Below the pieces are notes generated by a model. The model saw nothing but the letters and a program-made list of their open reading frames with translations. It did no database searches and was not told where the DNA came from. A stretch of DNA of 64,000 bases from an uncultured Nitrososphaerota archaeon. Lineage in GTDB: Archaea; Thermoproteota; Nitrososphaeria; Nitrososphaerales; Nitrosopumilaceae. The first letter of the stretch is position 1; each line of letters starts with the position of its first letter. The stretch is taken from NCBI GenBank assembly GCA_963824385.1, contig CAWGPD010000002.1, forward strand, positions 64,001 to 128,000, written 5' to 3'. A program made the position numbers and the translations under genes. This document shows positions 10,749-21,140 of the stretch, in pieces.

Positions 10749-12845
10749 TTATGCAAGTATGTAAGGCGATTTGCATACTGAACATTTTTCGGCGATCTTT
10801 TCCTCTTTGAGACCACAGTTACTACATATGGGTACTTTTCTAATTGGTCTGAAAGATCCTAATAGATCACCTGCTTTTTCAATTGCTTTCTTAATTCCTG
10901 AAGAATCCATTGCGTCTGGGATCTTTAATTGAACTAGTAGTCCGCCGTTGAGTATCTTTGAGAAATAGTTTGATTCTACAATCTTTTCATTCTTAGGATT
11001 CATCTCTGTTATCTCAGAGGCATCAAGTACAATTCCTTCAGAATAGGACTCGCCCATGACATGTTGATTAATTGATGTCTTGCCATATTTTTCACCGTCA
11101 AGCGAGGAGAAACGGCTCGCTGCATCACTCTCAGTCATAGTTACGATAACATTATCTCCCATTTCCTTTCCTTTCTTTGTGGCTACTTCCATAGCAGTGT
11201 TTATCACTTTAGCCAGGATTTCGTGTCCAGCCTTGTTGTTTTCAAATCCTAAAATACCATAAACTGCCTCTTTGAGTCCTATTAGATTAACAACTAGAGT
11301 TACTGATCCCTTTTGCATATACTGAGTATTGTTTGCAAGAATTGGATTAAGACCACGTCTTGTTAGATCAGATATTTCCTTCTTTCTCAAAGACATGGCT
11401 GCAAGTGCTGGTTTCATCAATAGTGCAAGTCTTGCTCTGAAATAGGTTTCATCTTTGTTAGATTCAAAAGCCAATCTTGGCATATTGATTGATAGAGATT
11501 CTAAATTAATAGAGGTTGTTCCAACGTTCTTTGTATCTATTCGTGCCAAGCCTTTGTTAGATACCAAGCCTTTAGCAAACATAATGTGTCCTCCTAATGC
11601 AATTATATCTGCCAAAATTTCTGAATAATCACTTATCTTGGCTTTTTCATAATCAACTATCAATCCTATTGAAGGAATTGGTGTTGACTTTACATATTTT
11701 TTGTAGGCTTGAAGAATAGTATTAACTAATTTTGGTTCTGTTCCAATAGAAATTCTAAATGAAGTAAGTGTTCCATTCTTTCCGTATTTAGATCCTGTAG
11801 ATATTTTTGCAAAGCAGCTTGCAAGTTTTTCTTCAATTTCAGGTAAATTCTTGGAATATTTTTGTAATACAGCAACTAATCCGTCCATTATTACTTCTTG
11901 TGATGCTTCTTTTATGAGAAGACTTGTCAATAGAGACAGAGATGTGAAGAGATCATCTAGTGAATTTGGTGGTGATGTTCTTGTAACACCCAAGAATTTT
12001 CCTCGCAGATCAACACCATCCTCTATAAGTTCCTTAATGTTTACAAATATGGTATCTGGAAGAAGTGACCATAATCCAGCATTTGTAATATGAAGATCTC
12101 CTGAGAGATGAGAGTCAGCAACGTCCTTGGGTAATGTGTTTAAGACAAGATATTCACCAAATACTGTTTGTCCCGTTTTAAACAATAGACCCTCCACGCC
12201 ATTATGTATACCATCTACGTTGGTTAACAATTCATGAATATCATAGCCAGGTAATCCAAATCTTGCAAGTTTGTGCCTATAATCTTCGTGTCCTTGTTCC
12301 AAGAGGACAGAGTTAACCATCTCACGTATGAGTGAGGATGTAAGGTAAGATGTCTGGAATTTGTATATTCTATTCTCTACTTCCTCAGTTATCTTTTGAG
12401 CAAGTTCAAGTGGAAGGCTGCCTTCGCGAACCAGGGATTGGATAATTTTATGAGAGTTGAATTCTTCTATTGATTCATGTGAAGTTCGTACATACATTTT
12501 GCCACTTTCAATGATAGATCGCTCTTCAATCTGTCTTGCAAGACTTAGGACTAGTTTTCCCAAGTTAGTAATTGTGTATCTTCTTTCAGACTTGTTTAGA
12601 GCTACAAGAGATTGTCTTAGTAATTTTCTTAAATGATATGCAAACTTACCACTTTCCTTTTTTGATTTAAAGCCAGCTAGAGATTTTAGTTCAGAATAAG
12701 TAAGAGGTCCTTTTGAGTTTAAGATACGTAAAATATCAATTCTGTTTGGACTTGCCATAACAGAGAAAATCATTCTTACACGCTTTGATGCTGATTGTAA
12801 TATTCCACCACGTTTTGGATCTCCAAAGTCTTCACTTAGCTCCAT
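10749..12845 (-). CDS. wHTH (ArsR-like) + ATP cone + degenerate class III RNR (NrdD-like) fusion protein
   Basis: N-terminal RIDILRIL..LTYSEL..FAYHLRKL wHTH, MYVRTS..EEFN..KI ATP cone, NrdD-like ADSHLSGDLHI, INMPRLA, RF..LD.EKYG and GG motifs, C-terminal CxxC-CxxC. No glycyl-radical motif. Confidence 0.8.
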   Translation of the reverse strand: MELSEDFGDPKRGGILQSASKRVRMIFSVMASPNRIDILRILNSKGPLTYSELKSLAGFKSKKESGKFAYHLRKLLRQSLVALNKSERRYTITNLGKLVLSLARQIEERSIIESGKMYVRTSHESIEEFNSHKIIQSLVREGSLPLELAQKITEEVENRIYKFQTSYLTSSLIREMVNSVLLEQGHEDYRHKLARFGLPGYDIHELLTNVDGIHNGVEGLLFKTGQTVFGEYLVLNTLPKDVADSHLSGDLHITNAGLWSLLPDTIFVNIKELIEDGVDLRGKFLGVTRTSPPNSLDDLFTSLSLLTSLLIKEASQEVIMDGLVAVLQKYSKNLPEIEEKLASCFAKISTGSKYGKNGTLTSFRISIGTEPKLVNTILQAYKKYVKSTPIPSIGLIVDYEKAKISDYSEILADIIALGGHIMFAKGLVSNKGLARIDTKNVGTTSINLESLSINMPRLAFESNKDETYFRARLALLMKPALAAMSLRKKEISDLTRRGLNPILANNTQYMQKGSVTLVVNLIGLKEAVYGILGFENNKAGHEILAKVINTAMEVATKKGKEMGDNVIVTMTESDAASRFSSLDGEKYGKTSINQHVMGESYSEGIVLDASEITEMNPKNEKIVESNYFSKILNGGLLVQLKIPDAMDSSGIKKAIEKAGDLLGSFRPIRKVPICSNCGLKEEKIAEKCSVCKSPYILA

Positions 12846-12913
12846 GAAATTACCTAATTGGCATCGGTAATTAAGATTTTTGACTGATTTGATCTCTACG
12901 GAAGCTTTTTAGA

Positions 12914-13075
12914 TCAGTTTTTCTGTACGTCTACACTAAATTCAGATGGAGATAGACTCTGCCCACATGAGGGACATTTACTGTTATACGGTCTCATCAC
13001 ATCTTTTATTGATTTTAGCATACGCATATTTGCAATTTTAGCTCCACATTTTCCACAAACAACATCTACAGACAT
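12914..13075 (-). CDS. Small zinc-ribbon protein (53 aa)
   Basis: Below the ORF-track cutoff. MSVDVVCGKCGAKIANMRMLKSIKDVMRPYNSKCPSCGQSLSPSEFSVDVQKN with two CxxC motifs. Confidence 0.8.
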   Translation of the reverse strand: MSVDVVCGKCGAKIANMRMLKSIKDVMRPYNSKCPSCGQSLSPSEFSVDVQKN

Positions 13076-13147
13076 TTCAAGTTATGTCAGATCAAATATT
13101 ATAAAAGAGATTTTTTGAATTTTTTTAATCAGTTTAATAAATTTAGT

Positions 13148-13513
13148 TTATTGTTTCTCGATTATGATTCCACGTTGATCGTAACCGGTTATTTTTACTC
13201 TTGTTCCAAGAGGAAGATCCGCGGGGGAATTTATGCCTGCCATAAAACCTGAGATCCTCAATTCAGACTCGTCTAATTTCATAACTACCCATGCATATGG
13301 AACATATTCTTCGTATCCTTCAGGTGCTACAGTGATTATTGTATAGGTTACAATGTAGCCTTTACCATCAATTACAGTATTCTCAAATCCTTTGTTTCCA
13401 CAATTTTGACAATAATAAGTCGTTACTAGATGAAGATGACCACATTTAGTACATTTTCTAGTGAGAACTTTTCCCAGTTTTGCATTGTTGGCGAATTCTT
13501 CTTTTGTGAGCAA
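13148..13513 (-). CDS. DUF35 Zn-ribbon/OB-fold protein (thiolase partner)
   Basis: CTKCG..CQNCG followed by GYIVTYT..VAPEG..PY OB fold. Likely TTG start right after the thiolase stop. Confidence 0.88.
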   Translation of the reverse strand: MLTKEEFANNAKLGKVLTRKCTKCGHLHLVTTYYCQNCGNKGFENTVIDGKGYIVTYTIITVAPEGYEEYVPYAWVVMKLDESELRISGFMAGINSPADLPLGTRVKITGYDQRGIIIEKQ

Positions 13514-13514
13514 T

Positions 13515-14669
<1,155 letters not shown>

Positions 14670-14732
14670 AAATCTCGCTGACTAGATTCCATATAAAAAT
14701 TCTTCAGTAGTTTCTTTAATTCGATAACCAGT

Positions 14733-15200
14733 ATGATATCATCATTGAATGACATTACTCAGATGACAGTAGTCAAAAAACGATCAGATTCAAGAAATTC
14801 TGTTAAAATTTCAAAGAAAAAGGTCGGCAGGATTCAGAGTGAGGTAAGACAATACTATGACAAGAATGGATATCTTTCATGGTCAGAGAAGAAGAGAAAA
14901 TATGTCATTCTAGGGACAAATACTCCTGTTAATGGTCTTGTGGAATGTCCAGATTGTCATGTAGGAAAACTTCTCATCATCAGATCTCGCAAGACAAAGA
15001 AGCGATTCATTGGTTGTTCAAATTATTATAATGGTTGTAGGGCATCTGCTCCATTAGTACAAAGGGGAATGATTTGTGCAACAAAGATGCCTTGTAAAAT
15101 TTGTCTTTGGCCAATTATTTTATTGCGATATTCCAGAAAACAAAAATGGGTAAGACAGTGCTCTAATATGCGATGTGAAAGTAGAATTTCTAAATCTTGA
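14733..15200 (+). CDS. Stand-alone topoisomerase I-type C4 zinc-ribbon protein
   Basis: CPDC..G.L.....RFIGCSNY..GC and CKIC...CSNMRC repeats; no catalytic topoisomerase domain. Confidence 0.75.
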   Translation: MISSLNDITQMTVVKKRSDSRNSVKISKKKVGRIQSEVRQYYDKNGYLSWSEKKRKYVILGTNTPVNGLVECPDCHVGKLLIIRSRKTKKRFIGCSNYYNGCRASAPLVQRGMICATKMPCKICLWPIILLRYSRKQKWVRQCSNMRCESRISKS

Positions 15201-15999
15201 GATCTTTGTAAATATCAGTACGTCTATTGCGTAATAGTGGAAGTCTTTGTCTTACTTGCTTGACTTGATCTAATGAAATATCAACAATTCCTATTCCTTC
15301 TCTTTTTTTCATATCAAGTAGTATCTTTCCGTAAGGATCAACTACAATACTTCTTCCACAGTAAATGTTTCCCACCTGATCTGGAGAAATTACATAGCAA
15401 CCATTCTCAATTGCTCTTGTCTTGTTTATAGTCAACCAATGTTCTTCTTTCATTTTTCCTTTAACCCATGCAGAAGGTACTACTAGAACTTCAGAACCTG
15501 ACGAAGCCAAGATTCTAGACATTTCAGGAAATCTAAGATCATAGCAAATCATCATACCCATTTTACCTACACTAGTTTTTACTGGTTTTGCAATTGAGGA
15601 ACCAGGATAAAGTTTTACGGATTCTTTAAAGCCAAGTGCATCATAGAGGTGAATTTTTCTATATGTTGAAATCACTTTTCCGTTTTTATCTACAAGAAAT
15701 GATGTGTCATATACTTTATTTGGTTTTGGACTTTTTTCATATAGAGTACCAACAACTTGAATTGAGTTTTGTTTTGCTACTTTAGATATGGATAAGACAA
15801 ACTCACCGTCAATCTTTTCAGCAATACTTGCAAGCTCCAAAGGAGATTGGGAAGGTGGAGTATAACACATCATAAATTCAGGAAATGTGCACAGAACTGC
15901 ACCTTTGTGTGCTGCTTGTGAAATATATTTTAGAATTTTTTTTAAATTATCTTTCTTGTCTGCTTCAGCTCGCATTTGAACTACAGCTATCTTTGCCAC
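15190..15999 (-). CDS. Carbon-nitrogen hydrolase (Nit family)
   Basis: FPE, YRKIHLYD and ICYDLRFPE catalytic E-K-C triad. Confidence 0.93.
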   Translation of the reverse strand: MAKIAVVQMRAEADKKDNLKKILKYISQAAHKGAVLCTFPEFMMCYTPPSQSPLELASIAEKIDGEFVLSISKVAKQNSIQVVGTLYEKSPKPNKVYDTSFLVDKNGKVISTYRKIHLYDALGFKESVKLYPGSSIAKPVKTSVGKMGMMICYDLRFPEMSRILASSGSEVLVVPSAWVKGKMKEEHWLTINKTRAIENGCYVISPDQVGNIYCGRSIVVDPYGKILLDMKKREGIGIVDISLDQVKQVRQRLPLLRNRRTDIYKDLKI

Positions 16000-16034
16000 A
16001 AGCTTGTTTGATTAGTATTAAAATAAAAATGTGT

Positions 16035-16211
16035 TTAGAGGGGATTTCCTGCCATATACCAGTTTTCTTTTGGATTATCTTCAAAAATCACAATCACGTG
16101 ATTCTCTTTTGTTTTTAGAATCTCCACTGCTGATTTTGTAATGGCTTTTGCAAATTCCTCTTTTTGTTGAACAGTTCTGCCTGGATACATTGACACTGTT
16201 ATGATAGGCAT
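16035..16211 (-). CDS. 4-oxalocrotonate tautomerase family protein
   Basis: Starts MP (catalytic Pro1); GRT..QK and ENW..AG motifs. Confidence 0.88.
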   Translation of the reverse strand: MPIITVSMYPGRTVQQKEEFAKAITKSAVEILKTKENHVIVIFEDNPKENWYMAGNPL

Positions 16212-16285
16212 GTTTTTCAAGGAATTAGTATTAGATTTATTCTTTGATACTAGAGAATTATTAGATAAATAATAAAGAAAAAAGT

Positions 16286-17878
16286 TTAGTATCTTAGAAT
16301 TCTAGTCTTTACAGTAAACACTACAACACTCAATACAGCAATTGCAAGAATTATTGATGCTACTGGACCAAATTCTGGTACGGTTGCATTATTGCTAGAT
16401 GTTACATTACTTGCTGTTACATTGGCTGGTGGTGACGTGGTTGTCATATTTGACATTTGTTGCATTGGTGCTGTTGTATTATTGACTGGTGCTACATTAG
16501 TTGGTTGGCTACCTGATTGTGCCAATACATCCTGTTCTTCTGATACAGTAGAAGGTATCACTATGTTTCCTCTAGCCATACCTATTCTAGAAGTATCTGG
16601 AAAACCATTGGTTGTAATCGATTTTACTTTAACAGTAATTTCATAGATTCCGTTACTAGGCAAGTTTACAGTTTGAGTATCAGAACCTTGTGAGGCAATA
16701 GCATCAGTCTTTGACCATAATACGCTTTGATCTTTGTCAAGTATCTGAATATCATAGTCCACATCTCCTGTTACCTGTTGTTCTGTAAATGAATCATAGA
16801 AGTTAATATTCAAGTTATTTTGTGAATTTGCAGTCAAGTCAGTAGGATTCCATCCCAGCTTTACGTGCCACCCCCCAAAGTCTGTTAACATTGAAGCAGA
16901 TGTTTGCACATTGGGGTTTTCTGGAGCTACTTTGAATTCAATATCATTTGTTCCAGGCGAGATAGTCTTTGACATGTTTACCAAATCAAGCTTGTTTAAG
17001 AACAAATGAACTATCATGTAATCACCAATTGTATACGGGTCCACAATGACTCGTCTTCCAGAAAGAGTAAATCCTTCTGCACTTGCGGCATATGATGGTG
17101 TATCTGAGAAGGCAGAAAGTGACTTTGGAACTCTTAATTCTTCATGTATGAATATTGGTCTATCTATGAATCTATTAACATCCCAATCAAATGGCATCTT
17201 CCAAGAAAATTGTTTTGTGGATTCATCAAAATTAAAATCAGATGTCTTGTCATAGTAAGAGATTAGTGTTGTATTATATGGATTATTTTGATAAGTAACA
17301 TCTTGGTTTGATACATCACCAACACTAAGATACGAATCAAATTTTGGTGGATTTGTTCCGTTAATTAGAGTATTAGCATAATCAAGAGCTAAAAGAGACA
17401 GATTAAGATGGTAAAGACCTCCCTCTGTAAGTATTGGTGCTATAACGTTTACGTCATCATCTTGTGACATCCATCCACCCAATACTGGATCTTGATCACC
17501 CTGTACTGTCCATTTACCTGGCTCACCTCCTGGTAAGAAATGTATTGTAAGAAATCCTGTGTGAGTGTAAAAAAGATCATACATTAAATTTTGATTTCCT
17601 TTTGTTGCGTTGATGTAAAATGATACATTTTGTATTGTTGTATTTGTGTTTGCGTCAAAAAATCTAAAAAATATAGACTTGTCAACTGTAGTATCAGAAG
17701 TTATAATTGGAGGACTGAGTTTGATAAATGTTGTAATCACTCTATTTCCAATGCTTGCCTGTACATTTTCCTGAGTAAATCCATCACCATATGCTTTCTG
17801 TGGATTAAACGAAGATGCAGATGAAAAAACTATCAAGCCAAAAATTAGTACTAATACAGTCTTTGCATAAAGTTGCAT
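16286..17878 (-). CDS. Large secreted PEFG-CTERM surface protein
   Basis: Signal peptide, S/T/N-rich linker, C-terminal VPEFG + TM helix + basic tail. Confidence 0.85.
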   Translation of the reverse strand: MQLYAKTVLVLIFGLIVFSSASSFNPQKAYGDGFTQENVQASIGNRVITTFIKLSPPIITSDTTVDKSIFFRFFDANTNTTIQNVSFYINATKGNQNLMYDLFYTHTGFLTIHFLPGGEPGKWTVQGDQDPVLGGWMSQDDDVNVIAPILTEGGLYHLNLSLLALDYANTLINGTNPPKFDSYLSVGDVSNQDVTYQNNPYNTTLISYYDKTSDFNFDESTKQFSWKMPFDWDVNRFIDRPIFIHEELRVPKSLSAFSDTPSYAASAEGFTLSGRRVIVDPYTIGDYMIVHLFLNKLDLVNMSKTISPGTNDIEFKVAPENPNVQTSASMLTDFGGWHVKLGWNPTDLTANSQNNLNINFYDSFTEQQVTGDVDYDIQILDKDQSVLWSKTDAIASQGSDTQTVNLPSNGIYEITVKVKSITTNGFPDTSRIGMARGNIVIPSTVSEEQDVLAQSGSQPTNVAPVNNTTAPMQQMSNMTTTSPPANVTASNVTSSNNATVPEFGPVASIILAIAVLSVVVFTVKTRILRY

Positions 17879-17969
17879 TAGTTGAAAAAGTATTCTATAA
17901 CCTATTTAATTCTTGAGTAAGATCTGCATCTAACATAAAATTATTAACAAGATACAATAGAATTATGAA

Positions 17970-19088
17970 ATGAAAAGGCTGTCAAAAATAACATATATTT
18001 TTGCAATATCGGCTTTTGTATTGGTTTTGTATCTTGTATTAAACTCTGGAATTTACCACTCTATAAATTCTGTATTTGCACAAAATTCATCTCTTACAAT
18101 AATCTCTCTTTCAAATGATAACAAGTTGATCGGGGCAGGTCAATTTGTCATATCACCCAATCCCTTTACAGGTTCAGGAAATTATACAATTGTAGATAAT
18201 GGTCCAGATGATACTGAAAAAGACAAGGATGGTATAATCACTTTGTCAGGAATAAAAAATGGAAATTATATCATAATTCAAACGAGTACAATGCAAGGAT
18301 TTAGTGTAGACCAGATTCAAAAGACAGTGCAGGTAAATAATTCATCAGGTGTTGCAACTTTTATGGATTTGCCCATCAATAATGCTGTGCAGACAAGTTC
18401 TTCAAGCAGTGTTACATATACAACCAAGTTTGAATGCGGTTCCATATACGCAGGAGAGGGACCACTAAGACCTGGTCATTATGATACTGACATTAGTTTG
18501 TATAATAAGCAAAAATTCCAGACTCAGGTTCTATGGAATTCTGTACCTACTAACGGTTCAAGTTCAAATGCCATGTTGATGAAAATGGATTCTGAAACTG
18601 CAAAGAGTATAACTTGTAAAGATATCAGAAATGCACTTGGAGATTATGATGAAAATTTCATTGAAGGGTTTACCATCATCAATGTTCCATTAGATTCAAT
18701 ATTGAATAGTGGAATGGCAACAAGTTCTGCCTCAAATGATATTAATATTTTAGATGTTCAAGCATTTTACACTGCAAATGCTTTGGATATGCTTCCACAT
18801 GAAGTGATTGTTGATAAAATTTCATTTTACATAACACAAGATCAAAGTGGAAAAATTCCAGCTAACTTGATAAATAAGACTCTTGACATATCCATGCCAT
18901 CAGGTCTAAATCAAATATCAGACACTGAAAAGAAAGTAAAAGATGCTCTTGCTAAACAATATACTCTTTCTGATGACGACTTGACAAAAATTGTTATCCA
19001 GATAAAGGATGTAGCAGTTGGAGTTGGAGTTCTAATAGATGATCATGCCATATCATTATCTACAGTAAAACCAGAACTAGGTTCTTAG
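17970..19088 (+). CDS. Secreted/membrane-anchored hypothetical protein (beta-rich, YTTKFECG motif)
   Basis: N-terminal TM segment, prealbumin/SpaA-like segment (DGIITLSGIKNGNY) and two Cys. Confidence 0.65.
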   Translation: MKRLSKITYIFAISAFVLVLYLVLNSGIYHSINSVFAQNSSLTIISLSNDNKLIGAGQFVISPNPFTGSGNYTIVDNGPDDTEKDKDGIITLSGIKNGNYIIIQTSTMQGFSVDQIQKTVQVNNSSGVATFMDLPINNAVQTSSSSSVTYTTKFECGSIYAGEGPLRPGHYDTDISLYNKQKFQTQVLWNSVPTNGSSSNAMLMKMDSETAKSITCKDIRNALGDYDENFIEGFTIINVPLDSILNSGMATSSASNDINILDVQAFYTANALDMLPHEVIVDKISFYITQDQSGKIPANLINKTLDISMPSGLNQISDTEKKVKDALAKQYTLSDDDLTKIVIQIKDVAVGVGVLIDDHAISLSTVKPELGS

Positions 19089-19110
19089 AAAAATAAAAGG
19101 AAAGTTGATT

Positions 19111-19674
19111 TTAGAATCTAGGAATTACTCTAGTCTTTGCAGCAAACACTACAACGCTCAATACAGCAATTGCAAGAATTATTGATGCTACTGGACCAAA
19201 TTCTGGTACGGTTGCATTACTTGCTGGCATTGAACCACTCGTCATGTTTGACATTGGTGCTGTGGTACTCGCTGCTGCTCCACCTACGATTACTTCACCT
19301 GTCATCCATGGATGGACAGTACAAAAGTAATTGAATGTGCCTGCATTTGCAAAAGTAAATTGGTATGTACCTGCTGGTTTGATTAAATTACCGCTATCAA
19401 ACACAGTTCCGGTTGTGTTATCGGATGGTTTACCGCTTGTCACATAGTGACTTACAGTATCAGTGTTTTTCCAAGTTACTGTTGTTCCTGGTGCAACATT
19501 CAGTGGATTTGGAGAGAAGCAATTATTTGCTACAACACAGGGTGCGCTTGCACTTGCGCCTGCACCTGGTGTCATATCAATTTCATTTGCTGCTTGACCA
19601 AATGCTGGTACTACACCTAAGATAGCAACTAGAGCCAATAGACCAAATAGTGCGCCAAATGGTTTTGACTTCAT
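19111..19674 (-). CDS. Blue-copper cupredoxin with PEFG-CTERM anchor (copy 1)
   Basis: Type-1 Cu ligands SHYVT...YFCTVHPWM, signal peptide and VPEFG tail. Confidence 0.92.
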   Translation of the reverse strand: MKSKPFGALFGLLALVAILGVVPAFGQAANEIDMTPGAGASASAPCVVANNCFSPNPLNVAPGTTVTWKNTDTVSHYVTSGKPSDNTTGTVFDSGNLIKPAGTYQFTFANAGTFNYFCTVHPWMTGEVIVGGAAASTTAPMSNMTSGSMPASNATVPEFGPVASIILAIAVLSVVVFAAKTRVIPRF

Positions 19675-19816
19675 TATATGATGTGATCCAGAGCTACTAT
19701 AAAAATCTCTCAAGCAAGTAGGTACAACTAAGAGAACTTTATACTAGAAAATCGTTCATGATAATTTCCTAATAATATAATCTAGATAAATAAAATAAGA
19801 AAAAGGAAAGTTGATT

Positions 19817-20431
19817 TTAGAATCTAGGAATTACTCTAGTCTTTGCAGCAAACACTACAACGCTCAATACAGCAATTGCAAGAATTATTGATGCTACTGG
19901 ACCAAATTCTGGTACGGTTGCATTACTTGCTGGCATTGAACCACTCGTCATGTTTGACATTGTTGTATTAGCTGGTGCTGTATATGGTGGACCTAGTGGA
20001 ATTCCAGTTTGATTTCCTGGTGCATTTTGACCTAGTGGACCTACAATTACTTGACCTGTCATCCATGGATGGACAGTACAAAAGTAATTGAATGTGCCTG
20101 CATTTGCAAAAGTAAATTGGTATGTACCCTGTGGCTTGATCAAATTACCGCTATCAAACACAGTTCCGGTTGTGTTATCAGTTGATAGACCGCTTGTCAC
20201 ATAGTGACTTACAGTATCAGTGTTTTTCCAAGTTACTGTTGTTCCTGGTGCAACCATATCTGGGTTTGGAGAAAAGCAATTGTGTACTGCAACACAGGGT
20301 GCGCTTGCACTTGCGCCTGCACCTGGTGTCATATCAATTTCACTTGCTTCTTGACCAAATGCTGGTACTACACCTAAGATAGCAACTAGAGCCAATAGAC
20401 CAAATAGTGCGCCAAATGGTTTTGACTTCAT
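19817..20431 (-). CDS. Blue-copper cupredoxin with PEFG-CTERM anchor (copy 2)
   Basis: Near-identical paralog of copy 1 with a longer Pro/Gly linker. Confidence 0.92.
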   Translation of the reverse strand: MKSKPFGALFGLLALVAILGVVPAFGQEASEIDMTPGAGASASAPCVAVHNCFSPNPDMVAPGTTVTWKNTDTVSHYVTSGLSTDNTTGTVFDSGNLIKPQGTYQFTFANAGTFNYFCTVHPWMTGQVIVGPLGQNAPGNQTGIPLGPPYTAPANTTMSNMTSGSMPASNATVPEFGPVASIILAIAVLSVVVFAAKTRVIPRF

Positions 20432-20567
20432 TATATGATGTGATTCAGAGCTACTATAAAAATCTCTCAGCTAGTTCCCTGAATTGAACTTGCTTGATAC
20501 TAGAAAATTGCTTATGATAATTTCCTATAATATAAGATCGCATTTTGAAATAAAAAGAAAGTTGATT

Positions 20568-21140
20568 TTAGAATCTAGGAATTACTCTAGTCTTTGCAGC
20601 AAACACTACAACGCTCAATACAGCAATTGCAAGAATTATTGATGCTACTGGACCAAATTCTGGTATGGTTGTATTGATTAATGCAACTTGAGAAAAACTA
20701 AGTACTTCACCTTTAACACCTGTCCATGTGGATGGATCTGTTGTCGGAAGACCAACACCTAGAAGTGTCATCTGGATATTGATTTGATCAGTAGATAAAA
20801 GATTCTGAGTAACCTGAATATCCATTCCAGTATGTGTATGTGCATGGGGATTTAATAATATAGTATTATTATCTTGTATGACAGTAATTGCATAATTCTG
20901 ATGCTTTACAAAATTTCCATTACTGTCATTGAATTCAATTCCTAATACTAATGGTTGTCCACTTGTAAAAGCTGTTGTAGTTATTACAACAGTTGTACCA
21001 TCAGAAGCTTTTGCGGTATATTCCATATTAGCATTTACAATATTACCTGATGAATCAATTTGCCCAAATGCTGGTGCTACACCTGCAACAGTAATTATAG
21101 ATAATAGACCAAATAGCATACCTAATGTTTTTGGCTTCAT
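20568..21140 (-). CDS. Secreted PEFG-CTERM protein with HAHTH motif (putative metal-binding)
   Basis: Signal peptide homologous to the cupredoxins, H.NY..V.Q and HAHTHTG motifs, IPEFG tail. Confidence 0.8.
   Translation of the reverse strand: MKPKTLGMLFGLLSIITVAGVAPAFGQIDSSGNIVNANMEYTAKASDGTTVVITTTAFTSGQPLVLGIEFNDSNGNFVKHQNYAITVIQDNNTILLNPHAHTHTGMDIQVTQNLLSTDQINIQMTLLGVGLPTTDPSTWTGVKGEVLSFSQVALINTTIPEFGPVASIILAIAVLSVVVFAAKTRVIPRF

Larger units (their letters stand above)
19095..20535. repeat. Tandem duplication of an approximately 0.7-kb cupredoxin unit including promoter and 3' flank
   Basis: About 19095-19780 and 19800-20535 share coding sequence, the TATA region (agagctactataaaaatctctca) and the upstream atactagaaaat...atgataatttcct motif. 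Confidence 0.9.

Noticed and set aside
16286..20665. Repeated 98-nt blocks as a CRISPR array or IS ends
   Set aside because: The repeats are coding PEFG-CTERM tails with irregular, gene-sized spacing; no cas or transposase genes in the window.
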